The notes under the pieces were generated by a model. It was given only the letters and a program-made list of their open reading frames with translations, was not told the origin of the DNA and did no database searches. From Anthoceros angustus (taxonomy: Eukaryota > Plantae > Anthocerotophyta), in the NCBI GenBank assembly GCA_010909165.1, contig MU008190.1:469166-533165 (forward strand): a stretch of 64,000 nucleotides of DNA, given 5' to 3'. Within the stretch, counting starts at the first letter, position 1, and each line of letters starts with the position of its first letter. The translations under genes and the position numbers were made by a program. Shown here piece after piece: positions 11,344 to 23,450 of the stretch.

Positions 11344-14300
11344 TGAGATTGATCTCTTGTCCCTCTGGTCTGCAGATTTGGAGGCAAGAATTGTCTCAAC
11401 CTGTGGATTTCCTCAGAGAACAACTGGATTTTGGGCTCTCGATGACGTGCCCTAAACAAAGCGTCTCAGATGCGGATTTGGATAGGGAAATTTAGGTCTA
11501 GAGCGGTTTGGACGAATGTCTATTGGCAAGATCTCTAAGCCTGAGACGCGGGTAATCCTGCTCGTACAGTCCAGCAATGTGTCCATAGGTAGGTAGGATT
11601 TTCTGGGCAAGAGCCCTCAAATCGCCCACGCACTCTCCTGCGGTTGCCTCCCTTACGGCGATTACCCGATCTCGGCATTTTCTAGGGATCTATATGGTAG
11701 ATCAAGCATGGCTCTGATACCATGATCGGTTTGTAAGCTGATAAGCGTACAAGATAAACTTTCATCAAATAAAGAATGAATACAAAAATGTGTTTGAGAT
11801 GTGCCTTTTATACTTGACTTAATAACGCTTCACTTAACCCTAACTAGCATTGCTTAACTATAGGTTTGCTTTGTATCCAACAAGTACCCGTGTGGAGTCA
11901 AATGAAAGGACACGAGCTGTGGCCAGATCTCGAATTCTGTTGCAAAACGTGTATCCCGAATCGCTCAAAGAAAATGCAATAAGAGGTTGCATTGCCCATG
12001 CATATCGCGTGGTAGGAAAACGCTGCCTTGAGGCCATCACCTGTCCGATTGATATGGTGTTCGCAGGATGGGAATGTAAAACGTTTTCCAAGCGCGTGAC
12101 GGGTGGGTGATGGTATAAAGTTGGCGATGGAGGTTATACGGATTTTAAGAGAAGTGCAACAAGCTTAATCCCGATGCTGGTATTTATCGGAGAACGCTTT
12201 TGTGGGGCATTTGACAAACGGGAACATGTGAGGAAGGGATATGAACAACTCGTGTTTGTTGGGCAATGAGTTTATCATTGATGCATCGCCAGGATCGTAT
12301 GCTCATCGATTCGAGTTTCTTCGGACAAATATATCAAGCAGGATGTATGCGAAAAGATCGTAGCTTGACGCAACAAAGAAACGATGGGTAGATGAGATAT
12401 TGGAAGAAGGACCAAGTCGCAACAAGTTCGCAAAATGGATAGGCCACATTATCCCGTCAATGTGGTGGGCGAACCAAGGCGAGCATGGCCCACGCTTGTT
12501 AGCACGGCTCACCGTATGCTTTCGGCAAGGAGGAGACGGTATGGTTCTCGATTCGAAAGGTGATGAGATCGGGAACCTCCGATTTAACAGAGCGAGCTAT
12601 GGGTTTTGATGCAAGATCGCCACACATGGTGTTTCGAGGCCTATCGCTGTGTTGATGGGACAGTGTTTGATCTAAACTGCTTGCGTGGTTGATCAACATA
12701 GGTGGCAACGCAAATAGTCACATGTCGCTCAAGGCAAAGGGCATTACGTGTCGAGAGATGGATCTACCATCTAACGCAGTCAAGGAAAGTTATGCCGCAA
12801 GAGATGAATGGCAAGTTGTAAAGACGTTGAGAAGGAATCAAAGGCTTAACACATTTGGCGATATGTGGAGACTTATCGGAAGGATCAACAGAATTATTGA
12901 CATGTTAGAAAGGAATCGACATGCATTTGCATTCACCGAGGAGCTGGAAGATATGATCGCATAAAATTCGTAATCGAGACCACCACGAGTGAGCCAAGAT
13001 TCAAGAGATACAAACTCAACCTCGTAATGGGACATTGTGGACAAACGATGCAAAGAGTTAGAGGCATGGTTTGATCAGAAAGTCAACTTCTGATATGCAG
13101 CCACGTGTTGCCTCTTAAAAAGATGAGAACGGCGAATGGAAGGATAGGCGCATGTGGTGATTATCGAGCCCGAATGAAGTAACTCCATGGAACGATACCC
13201 GATGCCTACTCCTCGATGAGATCTTTGACGCCATTGGGAAGCCACCTATTTTACCACGTTAGACTCCGATCCGGCTTCCAAACCGATTGTCATTGAGGAA
13301 GGCAACAAATGCAAACGACTTTTTGGGGCAAGGAACAGTGGGAGTGGGAGACCATGCTGCTTGACTCAAGAATGCGCTCCATCTACTTTCGAGGGTAGCT
13401 GACTTAGAGTTGCGGTGGGCTAACCTTCATGAAATGCTACATCGATGATATTCTGGTATTCAGAACAGCTTTGAGGAGCATCCGGAACATCTAGAGATTT
13501 TGTGCAAAGATTATCAAGCTCGTCAAGGCCCACCGTTGAAATGCAAGTTTGCGTAAAAGAAATTGAATACTTGGGACACAAGATTGTGCCAGAGGAGCAT
13601 GTACCCAATTGGCCAAGATAAGTCGCCAATCTCATGCCAAGGCCAAAGGACGTTGCTTTTTAAGAGCTTTTCTAGGACTCGTTAATTATTATCAAGATTA
13701 TCAGAACATGACACATGCGGTGGTGTTATACGAACTTTGAAGAAGGGCATTCAATGGCATTGGGAGCATGAGCAGTGCATGGAATGATTTGAAGGAGCAA
13801 TTAGTAAAGACTGCTCAAGGCCCAACTTTGAGAAGCCATTCATATTGTATACACCGGAGTGCCGGGCATAGGTGTCAGGCTTGCTCAAAAGATCAAAGCG
13901 GTGAGGAACGAGGGTAGCATAAGTAGATCCAACACCACCGAGGCAAACTATTCCTCCTATGAAGGGGAATGTTTGGTCAGATGGGCCGCCTTTGCATTTC
14001 CGTGTATTTGTTTGGTCGAAGTTTTCACCGGTGATCGACCATCGCCATTGTAATCAAGTTAATGACAAACATGAAGTTGAGTGAAAGCTTGCTAGGTGGG
14101 CGCTTATTGCTTTCGCAGTATGATATGCGATAGTGGCGTAAAGGTGCATCATAATGCTGATGGATTCTGCAGAACTGATGGTGAGTGAGGACGATGCTCG
14201 GGGCACAGACTTTGGAATAGTGAAAAATATGCCCAGTGTATTCATGGCACTTATGGCCACAACGCAAGAAACTGGAGGGTGGCTTGGTGACGCTGTCCGA

Positions 14301-15167
14301 GATATTTGGAAACATGAGCGAGCTATACAGTTGTTGCAGACCGGACAGGTGGATGGTTTGAACGACATCGCGATAAAAAAATTGCAAGATAGAGTAGCGA
14401 GATACACTTGGAAAGATGGCAAGATGTTCATTGATGATCACGGTGTGATAAAAGAGGTGCCACCTGTCAATGAACGAGAGAGAATAGTGACTAAGGTACA
14501 TAAAACCCTTGGGCACTTCGGGGTGAAGAGAACACGCCATATGCTAAGACATAGTTATTTCGTCGCATGAGTTCGATGTTGAGAGAGTAGCTTGCCAAGT
14601 GTGCTGCTTGTGATGCGTTAAAGCAAGATTCAATAGCCGGACGCGGGTGCCGCACTACCCATCAAAGGTCTTTTCGATGGTCGCGATGATCGGACTTGAT
14701 GCGTTGCTAGTGACAAAGCAAGGAAACAAGCATTGCATGTTGATGATCGAGCATTTCTCAAAATGGGTAGAAGTGGCCTTCTTACCAGCCAGGACATCAG
14801 AGTATACCGCTAGAGCATTCTTGCAATGTGTATTGAGCAGGTATGGAAGCTGTGCAGAAGTCCTGACAGATCAAGGGAATGAATTTCGAGGGGAATTTCA
14901 GGCCCTGCTTGATAGAAGTTTGATCGATCACCATCTGGATAATTTGGCTATTGCCCAAAGACCGAGATCACTTTAGGTATGCCTTTACACGCTGAGGTTC
15001 TGGAAACCCAAAGCAAGAAAGTTTGAAGTAGGGGACTTTGTATACTCATCTTCTCAGAACATGTGAGCATGTGAAGGTTGATTTTGAGAGTGGTAACTAT
15101 AGGGGAGCAAGGAGTGGTTGAACTGAAGGACAAGATGGGCCGCTGTAAGGAACACATGCGCCACCTC
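11344..15167 (+). repeat. tandem duplicate of about 7437-11343 (copia A 5' end and LTR, DNMT, RT, RH, INT)
   Basis: Collinear near-identical sequence with different small indels. Junction has CCT/CACCT microhomology. Third LTR copy at 11723-11882. Confidence 0.92.
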
Positions 15168-15235
15168 GCACCATGTCACTTACCCAACTTGGACACCGTA
15201 ATACAACCACTGCTTGAAGCCGCCGATTGATTTAC

Positions 15236-15372
15236 TGCGGTGAACTTTGTGGTCATGTAACGAGCCCCGAATCGATGCTTTTGTGTGACCGGTGCAACAA
15301 AGGGCATCACAGCTTTACGCCACGGCCACCTTTGAAAAGGATTCCATGAGATCGTTTCGCTAACGATGTTCA
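15236..15372 (+). pseudogene. PHD finger at the integrase C-terminus of gypsy 1
   Basis: From 15242: ELCGHVTSPESMLLCDRCNKGHHSF..PPLKRIP...RC, which fits the C4HC3 PHD pattern with frameshifts at both ends. Confidence 0.85.
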
Positions 15373-16898
15373 ACACAAGTGATGGATCAAAAGGAAAATA
15401 AGGTACCGTGTGGAGATCATGCAGTGATCGGGGTTAAACCCAACTTACCATAAGTAAATTGATCCGAATAAAAACACGCTCGCCAGGTCGTGTCAAACAG
15501 CAAACACAAACGGAGCGCAACACCGAAAGCGCATGCTGTGCGTGTGCAATCAAGACCGGTAGCATAGAAGTAGTAGTTTTCCATAAGTTTTGAGATCACA
15601 CAGAAGAGCAAGCACGGTGATGGGAGATTTGGCAGCGGTCTGATTAGGTCTCAACTAAAGGGGCGCTGCAGGAGGAGCAGTCATGGGCGCATCCTCACGA
15701 TTGCGTGGTTGAGCTTGATGTTGAGATTTGGCACATGCGTAGTGTTTTGGTTGTGAAAAGAAGGTGACGATGGTTTGCGTGATTAAGTGGCGATGATTAC
15801 ATAAGGAACATAAGGGCGTATTCTGAGAGGTAACTGGTTCCTTGTTCCTGTGATCCGCAGCAGAATAAACAGAGCTTGCTGCAATCGTTGTGAGGTGGGC
15901 AGACGAATTCGAGCAAACTACACGGGCTTTCATAGGATGCGCTCGGGAAGGACGAAGCAAGCGACCGGTAAAAACCAAAGGGGACCTTGTTCGCAGGTGA
16001 TCACGGACGATGGGGTCCAGATACCGGTCTCGTAGGCTTTGCAAAAAGGAGGAAGAGGTTGAGATTCTGGAACATAGCAGTGGCAATCGGAGGAAGTGTC
16101 ATCATTGTGGGAACTTCACCCGAGCTCCTCATTGTCCATGATTCAAGACAATGAACTTGCTGAAAAATGGACTCAGCAGTTCTCGCGCAAATATTTGCCT
16201 GAAAAGCCCATGGTGCCCTCTGGATATGAAGAGCTTACTCGGTTTTCTTTGTATGTGGAATCCCACCACATGAGGTGTTCGATAGAATATTATCCCACGG
16301 ATCATCGGATTTGTTTGAGCTGCAAGAGGGCACAAGAACCTACCATGGGTGTGGACATCTTATTGCGAGGGTGCATATCGCAAGATAGAAAATCATCTGT
16401 TCATGCACCAAGTGTTTGATGACTATCCCTCACGGTGATTTGGGGGCTGATGAGTTTCCCAAGGACATGAAGTCCCTTGAATGTGGTTCGCTCACTTTCA
16501 TGCGACCAAAGCGGTATGTGTTTGGTTGGCCTCGACATTTCTATGATGCAACCTGCGACATGGCAATTTGGGATGGGTGATAAAACTATGCAGCTTTACC
16601 ACACTTCAACAAAAGCCGAGGATCATATGGGTCTCACGTCTCAACCTACGTGCATCGAGGCGAAGCTTGATTCGGTGGTGATGACAACAATGCTAGCTTT
16701 AGATTCACGCTCATTACAGGCGGATCAAGCAGAACCACATCGAAGATGAGGAAAGTGGCGTATCGAATCGAATTAACACAGCGGTCGTGTTGGGAACCTT
16801 CTATCGCCGCTGGATGGGCAATTGGTGACAGGTTGTGGGGAATGCTGGTAAACAGATAGTGCCCAAAGTGGTGTTTGTGACCTAGGACCCCAACTTTG

Positions 16899-16910
16899 AG
16901 CAGGGGGGCC
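16899..16910 (+). promoter_or_regulatory. probable polypurine tract of gypsy 1
   Basis: AGCAGGGGGGCC about 1.5 kb after pol, followed within 3 nt by TG. Confidence 0.55.
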
Positions 16911-16912
16911 AT

Positions 16913-17041
16913 TGGCGGCGTTTGCGGCTCTTATTTATATCATAGAAATAGGTAAATAAAATGAAAAACATGATAGCGTTTGGTTCAAGATAAAATTGCT
17001 TTGTTAGAAAAATGAGCGACTATCTGCGGTGTGGTATGACA
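16913..17041 (-). repeat. probable 3' LTR of copia B (129 bp)
   Basis: TG..CA bounded. On minus it starts TGTCA 2 nt after a G-rich tract. No second copy in the window. Confidence 0.55.
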
Positions 17042-17865
17042 TACCCCGCCCCTATTCAATCAATGATGCTCCTGACGAAAATGTCCACCTCTGCCAAATG
17101 TGGTTGTAGGAAAGATTGCTGCCTATCTTATGCTCCTAAGAAAAAGGGATATGGCACAAGTGGATTGCAGGGGTGCTAACAGCTTGATGGATAAAAAGAC
17201 TTACGTAGTTGTGTGGCTGACGTTTGCAGGCAGATGGGTGGAGACGGCATGGGGAGGATACGACAAAGAAGGGCTAACAAGGAAAGGTGGAATATATTAA
17301 TTAAAGGTTATTCAGTATTTAAACATCCTAATTTCTATATGAGTTTTAGGATCTATAATAACCTAGCATAAATTTTCTGCAGTTGATGCGGCTGTAAACA
17401 CATTTTGTTTCCCTAAGTGTATTAAAGACAAAAACATGGGCTATTATAAGCCAGGAATTCTACCAAAAGGTGACCAGGAAAATAAAGTATACATACTCAC
17501 CTTAGGTTTAAGTGAAAAGGGAGATGTCCCGGACTCCTATATATGTGAGGAAACTACCATCCACATGATAAAAATAGCAAGTCTCCCATGTGAGGAATTT
17601 CAGGACATATCAAACATATTTTCCGTAGGTGCCTTTGGTGCTAAGGGAATTTATTGTTTTAATCACATAAATACTGCTTAAATATTATTTTTATTTTTAA
17701 TATAAATATTCCAGGTTCTATGTTGGCGTCTATGAAGAGGAAGGCGGATGACCTAAGCTATTTTGAGATAGAAGAAGAAAAATGTTCAGAAAAATAGTAA
17801 GACAATAATTTTTGGGCTAAGATTTTAAGGTTATCTTAAATCGGCCCTAAAAGCTAGGGTGAGTA

Positions 17866-20800
17866 TTAGGTTAAAGGTTTGGACAGTGTGTCCATTATAC
17901 CCAAACATTTCATGTGTTTCCTATGTAACTCAATTCCCAATGACTTTGTTAATAAATAAATTGCATTGTCTAAAGTTTGAACATAACTAATATTTATGGT
18001 TTGATCTTCTAACTTTTCCCTTATGTAGTGATACTCAACAGCTATATGTTTAGTTCTAGAATGAAAAGCGATTTCGTGCAAGTGCAATGGCACCACTATC
18101 ACTAAACAAAGATGTAGGCTTAAGTTGAGGATGGTGAAGTTCACTCAAAACTAACTGGACCACACTATGTCTTTAGAAGCGAGGTTAGTACCTGTACTCG
18201 ATTCAGATGACAAAGCTATAGTAGGTTGTTTCTTACTTGACCAGATATTGGTGCTCCTCCAAGAGTAATACATACCCAATCTGATTTTTTGTGTCGGGGT
18301 CACCATAATCGGCATCGGCATATGCCGTTAGAGTTAATGTGTTGATAGCTGGTGTATGCTTGAACATCGATCCTGTACATAGTGCCTTTAAGGTATCTAA
18401 TATACGCTTATGAGACATCCGATGCTCACGTCCGGTTCTCCAAGAATTGTGAGCGAACGACTTCAAAAGATATATCCGGTCTCGTAAAATTGCATAAATA
18501 TATTAGAGTGCCAACAACATGTCGGTATGGAACTGACATTTCTAGCTTTTCTTCAATTTGTTTTGGGACTCATATAGGGTAAGCCTAACACCACTTGCAA
18601 AAGGTGTGGGTGCAGCTTTGCATCCTCAAGTCCAAATTTAGCTAAACTCTCCTTAATATACTTGGTTTGAACTATACTTAGAGTCTTATTACCTCTATTT
18701 GTATAATATTAACACCAAGTGCATATATGTCATCTCAAATAGAGTCCTAAGCCATGCTTTAGTTTCGCTAGGAGAGTGAGGGAGTTTGTTGCCATAAAAT
18801 CATCAACATAAAGTAGAAGATAAAATATATCATTGCGGATATTAGGATGTACATACAAGCATCACCACGGCTTTGCTTAAATCCTCTCCCAATAAGTTGT
18901 ACATGTATGGTTAAATTCCAATTCTTGTGCTTAAGGCCATACAAACCTTTGATGAGTCGGCATACCCAATCTTCTTTGCCTTTGACTTGTAACCCTCGGG
19001 TTGTCTCATGTATATTTCCTCTTATATACAAATATCTTTGTCTTAACATCCATCATGTGGAGTTCAAGATCATGTTGGGCACATAAGGCAAATATCATTC
19101 AAGTGTGGCAAATTTGGCTCTTGGGGCATAAGTGGCCCAAGGTATGTAATCTAGACCAGAATTTGTGTAAACCTCTCGCTACTAGGCGTGCCTTATACCT
19201 TTCTATAGAACCATCTCCTTTTCTTTTAATTTTGAATACCCATTTGCTGGTTACTATCTTCCTACCCCTAGGTGGTTTGACCAATTCCATGTAGAGTTAT
19301 TAACTAGGGAATTATATTCGATCTCTGACTACCTTCCATAAGTCTTTTTCGAGAAGAGAAAGCTTGTTTTAAGGTAAGAGGTTCTTCCGGGTCTATAGTT
19401 GCCTTGTATAGACTTGAGAATAAAGTGATATAGGGGTATAGGATCATCAAAAAGCTAGGTATCCTAAAGGAGGTTCCTTCCAACTGCGGGACTGAGATAG
19501 TAGGTCGGGATCTAAGGTTGTACCTTTGTGCAGTGCATCATCCAGGCGGGATCAACGACGGATCTGCTGGCTCCACAATGTCATCCTCCGGAGGGTCATC
19601 AAACTCATCATCATGAGTGTCAATGGCCCTGGGGATGTCAACATCGAGTTTGCGTTGAGTTACCGTTGTGGAATAGATGCTAACTCCTCCTCCTCCTGCA
19701 TAATAGGTTCAACTAAAGGAACACGAGAAGCAGGAATGGGAAATGGAGTGAGATAATCAGTATCATCAAAATAAGAAGGGTCAATGGTCTCATCAAGAGA
19801 AGGACCAATCTGATCAGCTCCCACTGTTGGGGAAAAGAGGTAAGACTCATGAAAAGTAACACTCCGGGCGTATAAAAGTTGCCTTGTAGAAGGGTTGAAT
19901 AATTTGTACCCTTTGATACCTTCGGTGTAGCCAATGAAAGTGTACTTAGCTGCTTTGGGATCCAACTTCTTACGCAATGCTTTGGGAATAAAAACATATG
20001 CCGGGGATCCAAAAATTCGAAGGTGGTCAATAGAAGGCTTCTTGCCAATGAATGCTTCATATGGAGTCATACCTTGAACTGCTGATGTAGGCAATCGATT
20101 CATGAGATAGGTTGCTGTTAGGAGGGCCTCAATAAGCCTTAGATAACTTAGCTTGTACCAATAAGCAACCGTGATCTCTTGGGCGTAGATTCTTGTTCTC
20201 GGCTCGCCATTTTGTTGAGGAGTGTAGACAAGCGTAAGTTGTTGAGCTATACCTTCACTCGACAAAATCCTCAAATTCGATGATGTAAACTCTCCACCAT
20301 TGTCGGAACGTAAGGTCTTGAGTTTGTGATCCAGAAGTCTCATGTAGTCCTTGAAGAAGTGAAAGGCATCACTCTTGTTTTTCGTGATGTAGGAAAAGAC
20401 AAAGCGAGAGAAATCATCATGAAGGTCAAAAATATCTACTACCACTAAAGGAGGGTGTAGACAAGGGTCCACAAATGTCTGTGTGCACTATCTCTAAGGG
20501 TGACTTGGCCCTTTGTGGAGATTTATTTTGAAAGGCTCTTGATGTCGTTTAGTGAGGACACAAGATTCGCACCAAGGTAGGTGTTCAACCTTTGCAAGGC
20601 AAGGGTTCTATATAAAGCTCCCTTAGACATTTGGATTAATTTTTGACTATTAGGATGACCAAATGCCAAAGCATGGTTTGGGTAGGTGTCATTGGGTTTG
20701 GAATGGCAACATTAGCGAGAATGGGTGGCTCCCACTTGTACCGACAATCTATAGAGACCATCATCTAAAGTGCTGCGGATTGTATAGTTTCTATCACTTA

Positions 20801-22053
20801 TGAAAGAGAGAAGACAACTATGCATAAAGGATCACCGCAGTGTGTTCTTGACAAAGACTTGCGGTGATACTAGATTCTTGCACATTGAAGGAACATGGAG
20901 GACTTGATGAAGATGAAGAACCACGAATCACACTTGAATACAACCAACACATATGGGTAGGTTGTGATCATCTCCAGGATAGGCGATGTCCTGTGGGTGA
21001 GTAAGACTCAAAAGAGTTTCTGTAACAAATAGTAGCTCCGTCCATACCATGAGGTATTGGAGGGCTTGGAAGAAGCCAAGCACACAGTGAGCACTTCTGG
21101 AGTTGAGGAAGATTGTTTCTTGATGTTAGCTCCGTGGGGCCTCCTTAGGTTCCCCATTCTTCTTCTTACGACAATCCTTTTCCATGTGATTTGGGATTAC
21201 GCACCAATTACATATAATCCCGTCTTCTTGTTACCTCTTGCGGTGTTGAAGAAGATGCCTCTCCATCATGGAAAGTATGTGCGGATATGGGGTCGTTGGA
21301 AAGTAGAACCTCGCCTCCTCTTCCTCTACCCCTTTGTGAATACATCACCTGCTTGTTGGCTCGAGTGATGATGACGTGCTTGCCTCCTCCTGTAGCAATG
21401 CTCCAATAAGTTCGAAACACGATGTCGCTCTTCATTTGGATCTTCATCTGCGCTTTTCGACATTGCGAATCACGCATTTTGAGTTGTAATGAAAGCCCTA
21501 TAAGAAGGTGGCAATGAAGATAAGAGAATGACGTAAGCCTCCATCTCGAGATAGGTACGCCTTGAAGATTCCAAATGGGATCGTGCCAATCGAAATGCAT
21601 TAACATGATGTTCGATGGTGTCGGACTCCTTCATTGAGAGGTTGCGGAAGTTACGTGAAGCGCAACAATACTCATTACATCTCGAGATGAATATAATTGA
21701 GCAAGGTGAGTCCACATATCCTTGGAGGTCTTTGCGTGTGCGACATGTCTCACCATATGTTGAGAAAGTCCACGACCAATAAATCTTGTGCCTTCTCGTC
21801 CTGGCGTCCCGGGAAGGTTGAAGTTCACGTTCAAATCGGGCGTGTGGCCTTGGAATTGATCCATCGATGCCCCAAAGGTCTCTTTGCCGCAAAGCTCCTC
21901 GCATTCTCAATGACCGATGTCATAATCCCTTCCATTGAATCTATCTTTCTCTTTGAAAGCTGTCACCATAATGATAATGCAATGAAGTGTTAGCATTATC
22001 ATTACCCAATGGGGAATTAGGAGCAGTTTGTTCTTCATTGATCACTCCAGCCA
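17866..22053 (-). pseudogene. copia B gag-pol (frameshifted as assembled)
   Basis: ORF fragments 21470..21910 (gag), 19660..20472 (INT), 19099..19290 and 18768..19049 (RT), 17866..18144 (RH). Confidence 0.9.
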
Positions 22054-23450
22054 TTGTAGGTGATTTAGAGGACTAGGCCTCGCATACACCTCATCTTCTC
22101 TATTGCACGCGAAACTCTTCTCTTGCATCATAATCGATTCGGATGATGATAGCATGCTCTCAAATCTCTGCGCATTATCAACCTTAGAGAGAATAGACAA
22201 TTTTGTCCTTAATTCAGATAATTCTCCTTAAGATCAAAGGATTGGATTCTAAGAGTTGCTAATTGACTATCAATTTCTTGAAATCTAAGAGTTTCTATGC
22301 TATTTTTGTCTTGCGAGACTAGAAGATAAAGGAGTACTAATACCAGATTCAAATTTGGGATATGTTGGAGAGCTAATTCTAATGCCTTGACGTGAATTGG
22401 ACTAAAACTTCTAGCAAATCACGTCTAGCTAGCTTGATAAACTTCCCTTGATCCGGTTTAGAAATTAAAATAGATGCAATGAAGTTTGCTATACAAGAGG
22501 AGGTTTCTTCTATCTCTCCTCTATAGCTTGTTGTCTTCTATTGCTTCTATGTGTTGGACTCTAATTTGTTCTTGGCTTGTCTGACTACCTCTTCTTAACT
22601 CTATGCCTCCTTCTAAGGGAACACAAATCCATGGAAGTGCTCTCAATGGAGTCACGATGTGAGGAGGGCCATGTGTTGAACTAGGAAAGGCCGTGGAAGA
22701 GCACTCACGGGCTGAATTTGTAGGGCTGCAAGATGGAGGTGTGGCCAAACCATAGGAAGGCGGTGTGTTGGTGGCAACATGGTGAAGGATCACAACGGGT
22801 GTGCATCATGGCGGAATTTGCAGTGAGGCTGCAAGTCAAAGTGAAGGGAGGCCGTTGTGGTGGCCGCGAGGAAAAATGGGTAGCAAGGAGGGTTGATACG
22901 AGGTGTTGTTGAGGTGTGAGGAGTTCACCAGGTAATAAGTGCAATTTATTCATGCACGCACAAGCCATTTGGGTGTCTTGGACAATGAAGCGTAAGAACT
23001 CCAAAGTTAAGCGGCCTAGGGGTGGATCAGCACTAAGATGGGATGCCTTTTGTGTGAGGTGTTTCAGCTTATTATATTTGCAGAAGTCACATGAGAGCTA
23101 ATTGGGAGAGTGTTTGAGTGGTGCACCCTACGCGAGTAGGATGTAGGGTGTGGACTCCCTGACGGTAACTAGGTAGGTAGATAGGTAGGGAGTGGTGAGG
23201 TCTCCAGGAGTGGTGAGGACTCCCTCATTGGGCGTGAGTGTGCGACACCCTACTTGGATACCTTGGGAAGCAAACTTTCCATATTAGGCGGTGTAGTGTG
23301 GGTGCTTTTACAGTGCAAGCTAAATGAGAGGATGTGGAAATGGTGCCACATGGCAAGGAATCAACGGCCTATATCAAGGAGTTTCAGTCACTACCAAAGG
23401 GCCATGCAAGCGGGGTGTGTGAGGAGTGGCACCTAGGAAGCCGAGGAAGT

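Larger units (their letters stand above)
1..16910 (+). mobile_element. Ty3/gypsy LTR retrotransposon 1 with gag-PR-DNMT-RT-RH-INT-PHD layout (5' end outside window; contains a nested copia and a 3.9 kb tandem duplication)
   Basis: Ordered domains on +: protease VLVDTGAD, C5-MTase motifs, RT (LDFRSGFNQI, MPFGLKNA, YIDD), RNase H, integrase, PHD. Purine tract AGCAGGGGGG at 16899-16908. RT-RH-INT order is gypsy-type. Confidence 0.9.
16913..23000 (-). mobile_element. Ty1/copia element B (5' LTR not found)
   Basis: gag start near 22050 (FKEKDRF.G); INT LKTLRSDNGGEF and KKPSIDHLRIFGS; RT KWVFKIKR..YKARLVARG; RH FHSRTKHIAVEYHYIRE; PPT AGGGGCGGGG at about 17044-17054; probable LTR 16913-17041. Confidence 0.88.

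Noticed and set aside
11883-12700. A third independent DNMT element or a three-LTR copia
   Set aside because: Part of a 3.9-kb tandem duplicate that copies the same insertion junction and integrase deletion, and possibly an artefact.
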